Shown: piece after piece, positions 35,402 through 44,683 of the stretch
How the letters are laid out: each line of letters begins with the position of its first letter
Position numbering within the stretch: position 1 is the stretch's first letter
Origin: a virus
Virus record (IMG/VR): IMGVR_UViG_3300032053_000032
Coordinates: 21,028 to 85,027 of that record
Reading direction: 5' to 3' (one strand)
DNA length: 64,000 nt
The notes under the pieces: generated by a model
Told to the model about the DNA's origin: nothing
Databases searched by the model: none
Seen by the model: only the letters and a program-made list of their open reading frames with translations
Made by a program: the position numbers and the translations under genes

Positions 35402-36790
35402 GCTATCCGTCGTGATCTTCGGAACCCTGATACGGTCAGTGGTTCCGCCGTCGTCGAGGAGGCCCTCCTCCTCAAGAAGCTCGGGGGAAAAGCCTACAAT
35501 ATCTGGCGGTTCCTGATCGAGCACCGCAACCCGGAGACGGGTATCTCGCACGTCACCCGCGCAACTCTCGGGAGCGACCGCGTGCAGGTCGGGGGCATCA
35601 AGGACCGCGACGTCGAGTCCAAGATGAAACGCCTCTGCAAGGCAGGGCTGGTGTCCAACATCGGCTGGCGCGCGCTGAAGGTGCCGTGCAAGAAGCGCGG
35701 AGATAGCGGAGTTGTCGTATTCGACACGAAGCTCGTCTACTGCCGCGTGGTCACGGGAGCACGCGCGCAGGGGTCAACGACGTCCCAGTGCCTGGTCAGC
35801 TACCGCACGAAGGCGTGGCTTTCGGGGGCTGCCGGATGGGGTGGGAAGCGCGCTGGGGCTGGTCGCAAGAAGCAGCCGAAAACACCCCCAAAAGTAGCAG
35901 ATAACGCCGCGGAATCGTTCGGCCCTGGAAACTTGGTTTTGAATCAAGAGGGGGCATCAGGGGGGGTTTCGGGCGAATCAAGTACCGTTATCTATCCGGA
36001 TCCGGTCCGGAATCCGGATCCGGAAATCTTAAGAAAGATGGCCGGCGAAAAGCCGCCGGCAATTCTTTCAAATTTTCTTCCGGAGCTAGATCAGCTCACG
36101 ACCTCCGGATCCGGTCCACCGCGGAAACCGCTTCCTCTCGAAGAACCCGCCTACCCCGGTTCCGCTGTCGTGAAGACCGCTATCATTCCGCACCCGCGCG
36201 CGCTTTCCGCCGAAACCTCTGATGCGGACGCGGTCCAGTTGTGCCTCAAGCTGTTCCGCGCCGCAGCGTTCATCCGCTTCGGGGTGCGCAGCTACCTGTA
36301 CGCCCGCACACGAGACATCACGACGGTCAAGGACTGGAAGAAGTTCAAGGCGTGCGTCACAAAGATGCGCGAGCACGACATCGCTCCGGCAACGTGGATC
36401 ATGTGGTCCTTCGACGCGTGGTGCTCCTTCGGCGGCCACGAGAAGACGCCGCCGATCACGTGGGTGTTTTCCGCCAACCGTGTCGACCTGCGGCACGGCT
36501 GGTTCAACTCCGAGGAACACAGCTATCAGGCGCACACGATCCAGCACGGACCGATAGCGAAAGACCTCCTGCGGCGGTGGTCGCGCATGCGCCAGACGCT
36601 GTGCATGGTCGCGCTAGCCGAGAGCCGAAATCACGATCTCGGGTTCAACTCCGACGACGTGATCCGCCTCTACTTCCCTGGCACTACCTACGCCGACATG
36701 GTGCGCGCTACCAGACGGGAGGCGCTCGACATCACGACCGACATCGCCAACCGAATCAAGGCCGGCGAGTGGGTCTGGGGTGGGTGGTAG
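35396..36790 (+). CDS. Putative replication initiator (N-terminal winged HTH, internal repeat region)
   Basis: wHTH-like 'MKRLCKAGLV'; lies directly before DnaB and primase; internal iteron-like DNA. Confidence 0.55.
   Translation: MIAIRRDLRNPDTVSGSAVVEEALLLKKLGGKAYNIWRFLIEHRNPETGISHVTRATLGSDRVQVGGIKDRDVESKMKRLCKAGLVSNIGWRALKVPCKKRGDSGVVVFDTKLVYCRVVTGARAQGSTTSQCLVSYRTKAWLSGAAGWGGKRAGAGRKKQPKTPPKVADNAAESFGPGNLVLNQEGASGGVSGESSTVIYPDPVRNPDPEILRKMAGEKPPAILSNFLPELDQLTTSGSGPPRKPLPLEEPAYPGSAVVKTAIIPHPRALSAETSDADAVQLCLKLFRAAAFIRFGVRSYLYARTRDITTVKDWKKFKACVTKMREHDIAPATWIMWSFDAWCSFGGHEKTPPITWVFSANRVDLRHGWFNSEEHSYQAHTIQHGPIAKDLLRRWSRMRQTLCMVALAESRNHDLGFNSDDVIRLYFPGTTYADMVRATRREALDITTDIANRIKAGEWVWGGW
35941..36117. 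repeat. Iteron-like repeats plus AT-rich tract (putative replication origin)
   Basis: TCCGGATCCGG at 35995, 36013 and 36104; GAATCAAG twice; AT tract 36061-36079. Confidence 0.55.
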
Positions 36791-38188
36791 ATGGCCGCCA
36801 AGAAGCCATCCGTCACGGTCGATCCGTACGGCATGAACGCGATGTTCGAGCGCGCCGCCGTCACCCTCGCTTGTACGAACACCCGCTTCTTTGGGGTGGT
36901 CGGCCGGCACCTCGAACCGGCCGCGCTGGGTTCCCCTGCGGCTCGTGACGCGCTCCTCGCGGCGCAAGCCATCGGCGCCGAAACCGGCAACGGTCCGGGC
37001 TCAGGGATGCTCGTGGTTCAGCGGCTGAGCCGCTGGATGCAGGAGGGCAAGGTCGCGCTGGAGCAGATCCTCGCGGTGTCCCAGATGCTCGACGACGCCG
37101 AGGATGCGGGCCTACCTCCAGAAACTGGCGTCGCCTCCGAGCTGGTCCCGATGCTCCAGCGACGGAAGCAGCAGGACGTTCTCCGCGAGATGATGCAGGA
37201 GTACGCCAACCGCGGTGACTTCGCGAAGGTCGCGCAGCTCCTCGCGGACTGCCAGCGTCTCGGGAAGGAGAACAGCGACGCCGGCACGAGGTTCACCACG
37301 TCGCTCGGGTTCCTCGACGACCTGAAGACGGCGGACAAGTTCATCATGGGAGTCGTCGGCCTCGACGACGCGCTCGACGGCGGGCTCTGGCGTGGTGGGC
37401 TCGGCTGCGTTGTTGGCTCTACCGGCGCAGGCAAGAGCATGTTCCTGTCGCACGCCGCCGCTCAAGCGATGGTCACCGGGTACAACGTCGCGTACGCGAC
37501 GCTGGAGCTATCGATCCCGCTCGTGCGTGTACGCCTCGCGGCGAACATCAGCGGGATCCCGATCAGCTCCATCCTGAGCGACAAGACGTCGCGCGACGTC
37601 GCGGAGTCGCGGTTGACCGCGCTCGAGACGTGCTTCGGGATGCTGCATATCCAGCACTTCACCCCGATGCTCGCCACCGTCGATGACATCAAGGCGTGGA
37701 TTGACACGTGCGAGAAGACGAGCGAGCGCAAGGTTGACCTGGTCTGCATCGACTACGCGGACAAGCTCACGGCGACCGTCGGCAAGGATGCCACCGAGTA
37801 CCGCACCATGCGGACCGTCTACGAAGGGCTGCGCGCATTCGCCGACGAGAAGAAGCACTGGTGCTGGACCGCCGCGCAGATGAAGGGCAAGAAGGACAAG
37901 AAGAAGCACACCGCTGACGCTGACGACGCTGCCGACTCCATGCACAAGGGGCGCATCGCGGACATCCTCCTCACGGCCAATACCCGCGGCGACCACGGTG
38001 AGGAGATCTTGTGGAACGTGGCCAAGAACCGCGAAGGGCGCTCGAACGTCGTCTGGGGTCCGGCTCCGCACCAGTTCGAGATCGGCCGCATCGCGGACAC
38101 CGAGCGCGTTCACGACATCGCCAGCCTGTTCATGGACCTCGCTGCCGAGACTAAACTGCGGGGCAATTCCCCAAGTCAACCGTCGTGA
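36791..38188 (+). CDS. dnaB: DnaB-like replicative helicase
   Basis: 'GSTGAGKS', 'YATLEL', 'IDYAD', 'WTAAQ', 'AKNREG'. Confidence 0.9.
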   Translation: MAAKKPSVTVDPYGMNAMFERAAVTLACTNTRFFGVVGRHLEPAALGSPAARDALLAAQAIGAETGNGPGSGMLVVQRLSRWMQEGKVALEQILAVSQMLDDAEDAGLPPETGVASELVPMLQRRKQQDVLREMMQEYANRGDFAKVAQLLADCQRLGKENSDAGTRFTTSLGFLDDLKTADKFIMGVVGLDDALDGGLWRGGLGCVVGSTGAGKSMFLSHAAAQAMVTGYNVAYATLELSIPLVRVRLAANISGIPISSILSDKTSRDVAESRLTALETCFGMLHIQHFTPMLATVDDIKAWIDTCEKTSERKVDLVCIDYADKLTATVGKDATEYRTMRTVYEGLRAFADEKKHWCWTAAQMKGKKDKKKHTADADDAADSMHKGRIADILLTANTRGDHGEEILWNVAKNREGRSNVVWGPAPHQFEIGRIADTERVHDIASLFMDLAAETKLRGNSPSQPS

Positions 38189-39045
38189 ACCATCACGAAG
38201 AGAACCGCCTCGCTGCCGACTCAGCGCGCGCTGCCAGGCACGCGTCGTCTGGGTGGTGGCGCGCCATCTGCCAGATCTGCCCGGTCAAGCTCGGAACGCC
38301 CGATCGGCGCGGGGGCTTCGCCGTGTTCGTTTCGACCGGCGCGTTTCACTGCTTCAGGTGCGGGACAAGCGGTCGGCTCCGCGACTGGGAAGCCAGGGAG
38401 GAAGTCGAACCTGAAGCAGCCGAGGTCGAGGCGATGGCACCGCCAGACGGCTTCTTCGAGCTGCTTGACCCGTCCATGCGCAGGTCTAAATCAGCAGAGG
38501 CGCCACGCGGGTACCTGCTCGGTCGCGGTGTAGGTCCCGAGCTGTGGGCTGCAGCGCGCATCGGCGCGTGCATGTCCGGGAAGCACTTCGGCCGCGTGAT
38601 CGTGCCCATCCTCGCGGACGATCAAGAGACGTGGCTGGGATGGGTAGGACGGGCCTGGGTACCCCGCTGCGAGCTGCCCTACCGCTACCCCGCTGGGATG
38701 GGTAGGAGGGGTCTGCTGTACAACCACGCGGCCCTGGCAGTAGAAACTGACGTTCCCGCGATCGTGGTAGAGGGCGTGATGGACGCGCTTGCGGTCTGGC
38801 CTCATGGCGTAGCGGTGCTCGGCAAGCCGTCCGAACCGCAGATCATCGCGCTCGCCGCGGCGCGCCGTCCGGTCGCAGTCGTGATGGACGGCGACGCCTG
38901 GGAAGAGGGCTGGGTACTCGGGCTGCGCTTGCGCCTCGAAGGCGCTCGGGCGGGCTCTGTCAAACTGCCACCGAAGCTCGACCCCGATCAGGTACCCCTT
39001 GACTGGCTGATGGCGGAAGCCGATCGGTGCATCGACACGCCGTGA
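38185..39045 (+). CDS. DNA primase (Zn finger plus Toprim)
   Basis: 'CQIC..FHCFRCG', 'YL.GRG', 'VVEGVMDA', 'MDGDA'. Confidence 0.88.
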   Translation: MNHHEENRLAADSARAARHASSGWWRAICQICPVKLGTPDRRGGFAVFVSTGAFHCFRCGTSGRLRDWEAREEVEPEAAEVEAMAPPDGFFELLDPSMRRSKSAEAPRGYLLGRGVGPELWAAARIGACMSGKHFGRVIVPILADDQETWLGWVGRAWVPRCELPYRYPAGMGRRGLLYNHAALAVETDVPAIVVEGVMDALAVWPHGVAVLGKPSEPQIIALAAARRPVAVVMDGDAWEEGWVLGLRLRLEGARAGSVKLPPKLDPDQVPLDWLMAEADRCIDTP

Positions 39046-39259
39046 GCGGAAATCCTTCCGACTCGCCCAAGGCGGACAAGAACGGCGTCGTCCTCGCGGT
39101 AGGGGACGACGTGTTCTGGCACGAGCGACGGATGCCCATCACCAAGTTTGATGGGCAGTTTCCACACCTGATTCAGGTACAAGACCCTGGTGGCCTAGGC
39201 GCCGGAAACGACATCAACGCCGGCAGCACCCGTCACCTTCGCGCAGATGAGGTTGAAAA

Positions 39260-39478
39260 ATGGCACGAGTCGATGACACCGTTACTTTCCCGGACGCCCG
39301 TCTCCTCCGGGAAACGGAAAAAGCAATTCTTGTCGAAATCGACGAGGTTGAGTACTGGGTCCCCAAGTCCCAAGTTGATTCCGCCACCCGCATCCACGCT
39401 GCCGGTGACGAAGGAGAACTCGTCGTCTCTGCTTGGTGGGTCGACAAGCAGGATGGCCTCAAAGCACCAACCAGCTAG
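39260..39478 (+). CDS. Small conserved phage protein
   Basis: 'ETEKAILV..WVPKSQ' motif; GAGG RBS. Confidence 0.7.
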   Translation: MARVDDTVTFPDARLLRETEKAILVEIDEVEYWVPKSQVDSATRIHAAGDEGELVVSAWWVDKQDGLKAPTS

Positions 39479-39494
39479 CTACAGGAGATTCAAC

Positions 39495-40175
39495 ATGATT
39501 CGCATCACGTCTTTCAAGGCAGAGGCCGTAGTCCTCGACGCCGTCCGGCAGGTAGCGTTCGACGACAACGCGCTGCTTATCGAGCACCTCACCCTCAACG
39601 AGGCGCACACCATCCTTCAGATGCTTGGGGGGATGCGCGCGATTGAGCAGGCCCCGGCGCTGCTTCCTGGATTCACCCCGTCGCTTGTGCCAGCCGAACC
39701 GACGGCAGTTCAGCAGGTCATCGTCAGGGCCGCTGCTCCTGCTCCGACGAACGGCCACGCCGCTCCAGCTACACCCGCTCCGGCTACCGCAGCTCCGGCT
39801 CAAGCGCGCCGCCGTACGGCTCACGTGGGAACCGGAGACTCGGCGGTCCCGGCTCAGCCTGCGCCTCCAGCGCCACAGCCTGCCCAGGAAGCGCCCGGTC
39901 CGAAGCCACCGGCTGACCCGGTACCCGTCAACGCGCCGATCGCCGCCAAGGGCGTAGCGGACATCCCGCTCGCGGTCCTCAACGCACCGAAGCTCCGCGA
40001 CGTGCTGGTCTACCTCTCCGAGAGCGGCCTCAAGAGCGCGGACGACCTCGTCAAGAAGTGCATGGAGTTCCAGCCGCACGTCGCCTGCCTCACCAGGATC
40101 GCCAACCTGGAGGACCGCGTCCGCCGCGCCCTCGAAGTCATGGGGCTGGAAACTGGCAGCCCGGCCGCGGCGTGA
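39495..40175 (+). CDS. Hypothetical protein with Pro/Ala-rich linker
   Basis: AGGAG RBS before ATG 39495. Confidence 0.6.
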   Translation: MIRITSFKAEAVVLDAVRQVAFDDNALLIEHLTLNEAHTILQMLGGMRAIEQAPALLPGFTPSLVPAEPTAVQQVIVRAAAPAPTNGHAAPATPAPATAAPAQARRRTAHVGTGDSAVPAQPAPPAPQPAQEAPGPKPPADPVPVNAPIAAKGVADIPLAVLNAPKLRDVLVYLSESGLKSADDLVKKCMEFQPHVACLTRIANLEDRVRRALEVMGLETGSPAAA

Positions 40176-40408
40176 TCCCGCCATCCGAGATAGTCAACCA
40201 CCCTCAGCACTACGGGGGTGACACCACCTACGAAGCGATCAAGGTGATCGAGGCGTGGGGGCTAGGGTTCTGTCTCGGCAACGTCGTAAAATACATCGCC
40301 CGCGCGGAGCACAAGGGTGCCCCGATCGACGATCTTGAGAAGGCTCGCTGGTATCTCGATCGCGAAATAGCACGACGTCGGCGTGAGAAAGAAGTGCAGC
40401 GTAAGTGA
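40172..40408 (+). CDS. DUF3310 (SaV-like/nucleotide-kinase-like) protein
   Basis: 'VNHPQHY', 'FCLGNVVKYI.RA.HK..DLEKARWYL'. Confidence 0.9.
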   Translation: MIPPSEIVNHPQHYGGDTTYEAIKVIEAWGLGFCLGNVVKYIARAEHKGAPIDDLEKARWYLDREIARRRREKEVQRK

Positions 40409-43116
40409 CAGCTACCCTCCCGCTCTACGCCGCCGCGGTACCGCCACGTCTTCGGGTTGAGACTGAAGAACCCCGTAACGTGGATGCGAACTGCGATCGG
40501 TGTCCGCTGTCCGCTGGCAAGCTCCGCTCTCGATGCATGCCAGCGGATGGCCGAGCGGGCGGGCTCTACGTCATCGGAGACTTCCCGAATCAGAACGATG
40601 TCGCGGCCGGCCGGCCCTTTTCAGGTGGAACCGGCAGGCTCATCCGTCCTGCCGTGACCAAGCTGTGGAAGGGTGACGTCGCCTTCGACTCCGCGCTCAG
40701 ATGCGCCCCAGGCCGTACGGGCATCGAGGAGTCGATGGTGGACGCCTGCCGTGGGTACCTCGCTGGAGTGCTTCGCCAGGTACGCCCGCAGCGCATACTC
40801 GCGCTCGGCGGATGGGCGGCGATGGCGGTCCTTGGTCGATCCCCGGCCCCGTTCTCTACCCGGCGTGCGTTCTCCTGGCTGTTCTCCGACGGGCAAGATC
40901 CGGTGCCCGTGTTCATGATGATGGGGCCTGGGTACGGCACGAGGAACCGCTTCGTTCAGAAGTGGTGGAACGACGACCTCGCGTGGGCGCTCACCGCGGA
41001 GCCACCGTTTCCGCCAGTCTGGCAAGACGGAGAGATCCGTCTCGTAACGACGTTAGCCGAAGCAGAGGAGGCAGTCACCTCGCTACGCGCCGCGCCGTGG
41101 TTCGCGTTCGACGCCGAGACTTCTGGCAGGATGTTCGAGGACGAGTTCACCGTCCTATCTGTCGCTGCTACCACGAAGGGATCCGATGTAGCGTGGTTCT
41201 GGGATGCAGTCGCTCTAGCTGATCCGGCCATCGTCTCGGTGTTCAAGCTCCTGATGGAAGACCACACGGTCAAGAAGGTCGGCCAGAACATCAAGTACGA
41301 CATGCTCGCGCTCCGACGTGGGCTAGGTATCGTGCTCCGCGGCTTTCACGGAGACACACGCTTGTGGCGGAAGCTCGAAGATCCGGACGCTGCCGGCGAC
41401 CTCGCGACCCTGAACGAGCTGGTTGGGATGGGTGGTCACAAGGACGAAGCCGAGGAGTACCTCGCGAAGTCGCGCCGTGCTCTAGCCAAGGCGCACCGTG
41501 GCTACAAGAAGAACCCCGACGAGCTATCGTTACTTGCTGTAGATCTGATCAACCGCGCACAGGTGCCACTCGTCGACTACCGGAACGGGACGACCATCCC
41601 GCGTGAAGGGATCATCGATCCAGCGATAGAGACGGCCGTACGTCTAGGCGCCGACCCGCTCAAGTACATCTACGCCTTGCTCCCGTACGACATCATCGCC
41701 CGCTACAATGCACGCGACTCCATCGCGACGGCACGTCTTGGCGAACTGCTAGAAGACCGCATCTCGAAAGAGCCAGATCTGCAACGCACCTGGGACACGC
41801 TGATCAAGCCGGCCACGGATGCAGTCGCGCTCGTCGAGTACACCGGTATCGCCGTGGACGTCCCTGCCATCGAAGCCTTCCGCGATCACCTCGCGTTGCA
41901 GCTCTTGGACGTCACCTCGCGGCTCGACAAGTACGGCACGTTCAACCCAGCTTCCGTGCCGCAGGTACGCAAGCTGCTGTTCGAGACGCTGCATCTGACG
42001 CCACCTAAGACTACAGATTCTGGGCTGGCCTCGACGGACAACGAGTCCCTGGAGTCGATCCAGCATCAGCATCCAGTAGTCGGCGACCTCATCGCGTACC
42101 GCAAGATCACGAAGCTCAAGGGTACGTACGCGGACGGGATGCTTGAGCACGTCACGTCGGATCACCGGATCCACCCTACGCTGAACCTGGACGGCGCTCG
42201 AAGTGGTCGCCTATCGTGTTCAGATCCAAACCTGCAGAACGTGCCTCGTGGCGAGTCCATCGAGGGTGCGATGGCGCGCAACTGCTTCGTTGCGCCGCTC
42301 GGTTCGACCCTGCTCCAGGCCGACTACAGCCAGCTTGAAATCCGCATCGCTGCCATGCTTTCCGGTGACGAGGTGATGATCGAGATCTTGAGGTCCGGGC
42401 ACGACTTCCATCAGCGCACCGCGGAGTTCATCGCGCCGATCGTGTGGGGCATCAAGGCGCATCAGGTCACGAAGAAGCACCGCTCCGCAGCAAAGGCGTT
42501 CGTCTTCGGCGTCCTCTACGGCATGTCGGACGCCGGTGTGGCTTCTCGCGCGGGCTGCTCTCTGGAAGAGGCCGGGAAGATCCGTGAAGCGATTCTTGGC
42601 CGGTTCCGCAAGCTGGCGAAATACTGCCAGGAGCAGCTCGCCTACGCCCGCAAGCATGGGTTTGCCTGGACGTGGTGGGACGGCCATCAAGCGCGCCGCC
42701 GCCCGCTCTGGCATATCGGCGACTCGGATGCAGATGGTGCTCTCCGGTCGGTAGCTGAACACAGCTCGTGGAACACACCCATCCAGGGAACCGCATCCGA
42801 CTTCTGCCTCGCGTCGCTGATCGCTGTTCAACAGTGGATCGAGGAGGACGTCGTGCCGGCCAAGCTCGTGCTTACCGTTCACGACTCGCTGATGCTTGAG
42901 GTAGTCGACTCGGCGCTACCCGAGGTAGCCTTTCAGCTTCGCCGGATCATGACGAGCTGGAACTCTCTCGGCGTTCCCATCACGGTGGACCTGGAATCAG
43001 GACGCGCGTGGGGCTCGATGCAGCCGTTCGCGACGCCGCCAGGCTGGGATGGCTCAGCTGAAGCACTTCACGCATGGCAGGTCGAGGAGAAGCTGGCGGG
43101 GCATGGAAAGTCCTGA
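40405..43116 (+). CDS. polA: Family A DNA polymerase with N-terminal family-4 UDG-like domain and 3'-5' exonuclease
   Basis: 'CDRCPL..GRPFSG', 'FDAET', 'NIKYD', 'YNARD', 'DYSQLEIR', 'RSAAK..FG.LYG', 'VHDS'. Confidence 0.95.
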   Translation: MTATLPLYAAAVPPRLRVETEEPRNVDANCDRCPLSAGKLRSRCMPADGRAGGLYVIGDFPNQNDVAAGRPFSGGTGRLIRPAVTKLWKGDVAFDSALRCAPGRTGIEESMVDACRGYLAGVLRQVRPQRILALGGWAAMAVLGRSPAPFSTRRAFSWLFSDGQDPVPVFMMMGPGYGTRNRFVQKWWNDDLAWALTAEPPFPPVWQDGEIRLVTTLAEAEEAVTSLRAAPWFAFDAETSGRMFEDEFTVLSVAATTKGSDVAWFWDAVALADPAIVSVFKLLMEDHTVKKVGQNIKYDMLALRRGLGIVLRGFHGDTRLWRKLEDPDAAGDLATLNELVGMGGHKDEAEEYLAKSRRALAKAHRGYKKNPDELSLLAVDLINRAQVPLVDYRNGTTIPREGIIDPAIETAVRLGADPLKYIYALLPYDIIARYNARDSIATARLGELLEDRISKEPDLQRTWDTLIKPATDAVALVEYTGIAVDVPAIEAFRDHLALQLLDVTSRLDKYGTFNPASVPQVRKLLFETLHLTPPKTTDSGLASTDNESLESIQHQHPVVGDLIAYRKITKLKGTYADGMLEHVTSDHRIHPTLNLDGARSGRLSCSDPNLQNVPRGESIEGAMARNCFVAPLGSTLLQADYSQLEIRIAAMLSGDEVMIEILRSGHDFHQRTAEFIAPIVWGIKAHQVTKKHRSAAKAFVFGVLYGMSDAGVASRAGCSLEEAGKIREAILGRFRKLAKYCQEQLAYARKHGFAWTWWDGHQARRRPLWHIGDSDADGALRSVAEHSSWNTPIQGTASDFCLASLIAVQQWIEEDVVPAKLVLTVHDSLMLEVVDSALPEVAFQLRRIMTSWNSLGVPITVDLESGRAWGSMQPFATPPGWDGSAEALHAWQVEEKLAGHGKS

Positions 43117-43141
43117 TGCACGCCCAAGCCAAGGAGGACAC

Positions 43142-43627
43142 GTGACCAAGCTGCTTCACGACATCGAGATCGACAACTACCTCGCCGACTGCGTTCAGAT
43201 CCTGCCAGAGGCTCTGAACGAGGAGTTCGTGCGCGTCGGTGCCGATCTCGCATACTGGAACGAGCAGTTCAGCCGCGCTAGCCGACGGTTCCTGCACACC
43301 AAGATGGCTCTGGAGCAGACCGAGGCCCGCCTCTCGATTCAGATCCGGGAGGCGCTCAACGGTGGGGGCGCTCGTGTAACTGAGGCGATGATCGTCTCTC
43401 GTGTCATCACCGACGACGTCTACACGGAGGTGCGCCTTGGCCACGTTGAAGCAGAAGCTGAGAAGGTGCGCCTCTACGGCGTCCTCGATGCCATCCGCAC
43501 CAAGCGCGACATGCTAGTTTCCATCGGCGCTCAGATGCGCGCCGAGATGAACGCCGACCCGACGATCAAGAACCACGCGCGCAACAAGAGGGAGATGGAC
43601 GCCGCCAACAACGACACGAAGTGGTAA
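43142..43627 (+). CDS. UvsY-like helical recombination mediator (putative)
   Basis: GGAGG RBS; all-helical; 'RVTEAMI..KRDML..GA..RAE'; next to SSB and RecA. Confidence 0.55.
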   Translation: MTKLLHDIEIDNYLADCVQILPEALNEEFVRVGADLAYWNEQFSRASRRFLHTKMALEQTEARLSIQIREALNGGGARVTEAMIVSRVITDDVYTEVRLGHVEAEAEKVRLYGVLDAIRTKRDMLVSIGAQMRAEMNADPTIKNHARNKREMDAANNDTKW

Positions 43628-43685
43628 ATTCACCCGCACGTAAAACGTTCAACTACAGAAAACAACAAGGGAAAGAGAGCAATTC

Positions 43686-44504
43686 ATGAGCAACTTGGTA
43701 GAGCACGGAGTTTGGGGCGCGGACGATGCAGAAGCGGACGAGGAGCAGCTCCAGCAGGGCAAGAGCAGCTTCTTCAAGTTCAAGGTCGGCAACAACTACC
43801 TGCGCTTCTTCCCGCCGCTCGCGGGGCGCAAGAGCCCGTTCCGCGTCGTCATGGAGCACTACCTCAAGATTCCTGGCGGCAAGGTCCTGTCCTTCGCCTG
43901 TCCTCGCTACGAGCAGAAGCTCCGGTGTCCGGTGTGTGACAAGGCCGACACGCTGGCGCGCACCGGCAACCCGCGTGATCGTGATGCCGCGTTCGAGCTG
44001 TACCCGAACAAGCGCATCTACTGCAACATCGTGAACCTGGAGGAGCCAGAGAAGGGCGTCCAGATCGTTGCCATCGGCAAGAAGATCTTCGAGAAGCTGA
44101 TCGCCATCCGCAAGAACGAGGACGTCGGCGGGAACTTCACCGACCCGCAGATCGGCTTCCCGATCCTGATCACCCGCGTTGGCACTTCGATGAACGACAC
44201 CAAGTACGACGCCTACGCGATCGTCAAGAAGGCTGGTCCGATCGCTGACATGTCGTGGCTGGAGCAGCTCAACGACCTCGAACGCTTCGCGCGCACCAAG
44301 ACGTACGAGGAGATCGTGGCCGGCTGGACCGGAGACATGCCAGCCATGCCCGCCGCGCCACCATCCCGTCAGATGTCGGCACCGCGTCCCGCGACTGGTT
44401 CTGGAGCGAACGGCAAGCCGCCGATCGAGGCCCGTACGTCTACCAAGCCCACGCACGAGCCTGACTTCTCCGAGATCGACGACAGCGACAAGTTGCCTTA
44501 CTAG
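43686..44504 (+). CDS. gp32-like single-stranded DNA-binding protein
   Basis: 'LRFFPP', 'CP..CPVC', 'TDP..G..I.I.R.G..TKY'; acidic tail 'EIDDSDKLPY'. Confidence 0.85.
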   Translation: MSNLVEHGVWGADDAEADEEQLQQGKSSFFKFKVGNNYLRFFPPLAGRKSPFRVVMEHYLKIPGGKVLSFACPRYEQKLRCPVCDKADTLARTGNPRDRDAAFELYPNKRIYCNIVNLEEPEKGVQIVAIGKKIFEKLIAIRKNEDVGGNFTDPQIGFPILITRVGTSMNDTKYDAYAIVKKAGPIADMSWLEQLNDLERFARTKTYEEIVAGWTGDMPAMPAAPPSRQMSAPRPATGSGANGKPPIEARTSTKPTHEPDFSEIDDSDKLPY

Positions 44505-44511
44505 TTCGTCT

Positions 44512-44683
44512 GGCCGAGAAAGCGCGGATGGGGCTCGTCTTAACGGTCTTCTTGACGTCGACGATGCATTCGGCCCGCGACGGAGGATAGCCGGTAACAA
44601 ACCTGGGCTTGCGGGGGATCTTCTAGAGAGTCCCGAATGGTTAATTCCGTCGGCGCAGGTTCGACACCTGCGGCAAGCCGCCC
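44512..44683 (+). ncRNA. tRNA-like structured RNA 2 / recA leader
   Basis: GGCTTGC/GCAAGCC pairing; CCGAATGGTTAA; T-arm CGCAGG-TTCGACA-CCTGCG; additional stems. Confidence 0.5.
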
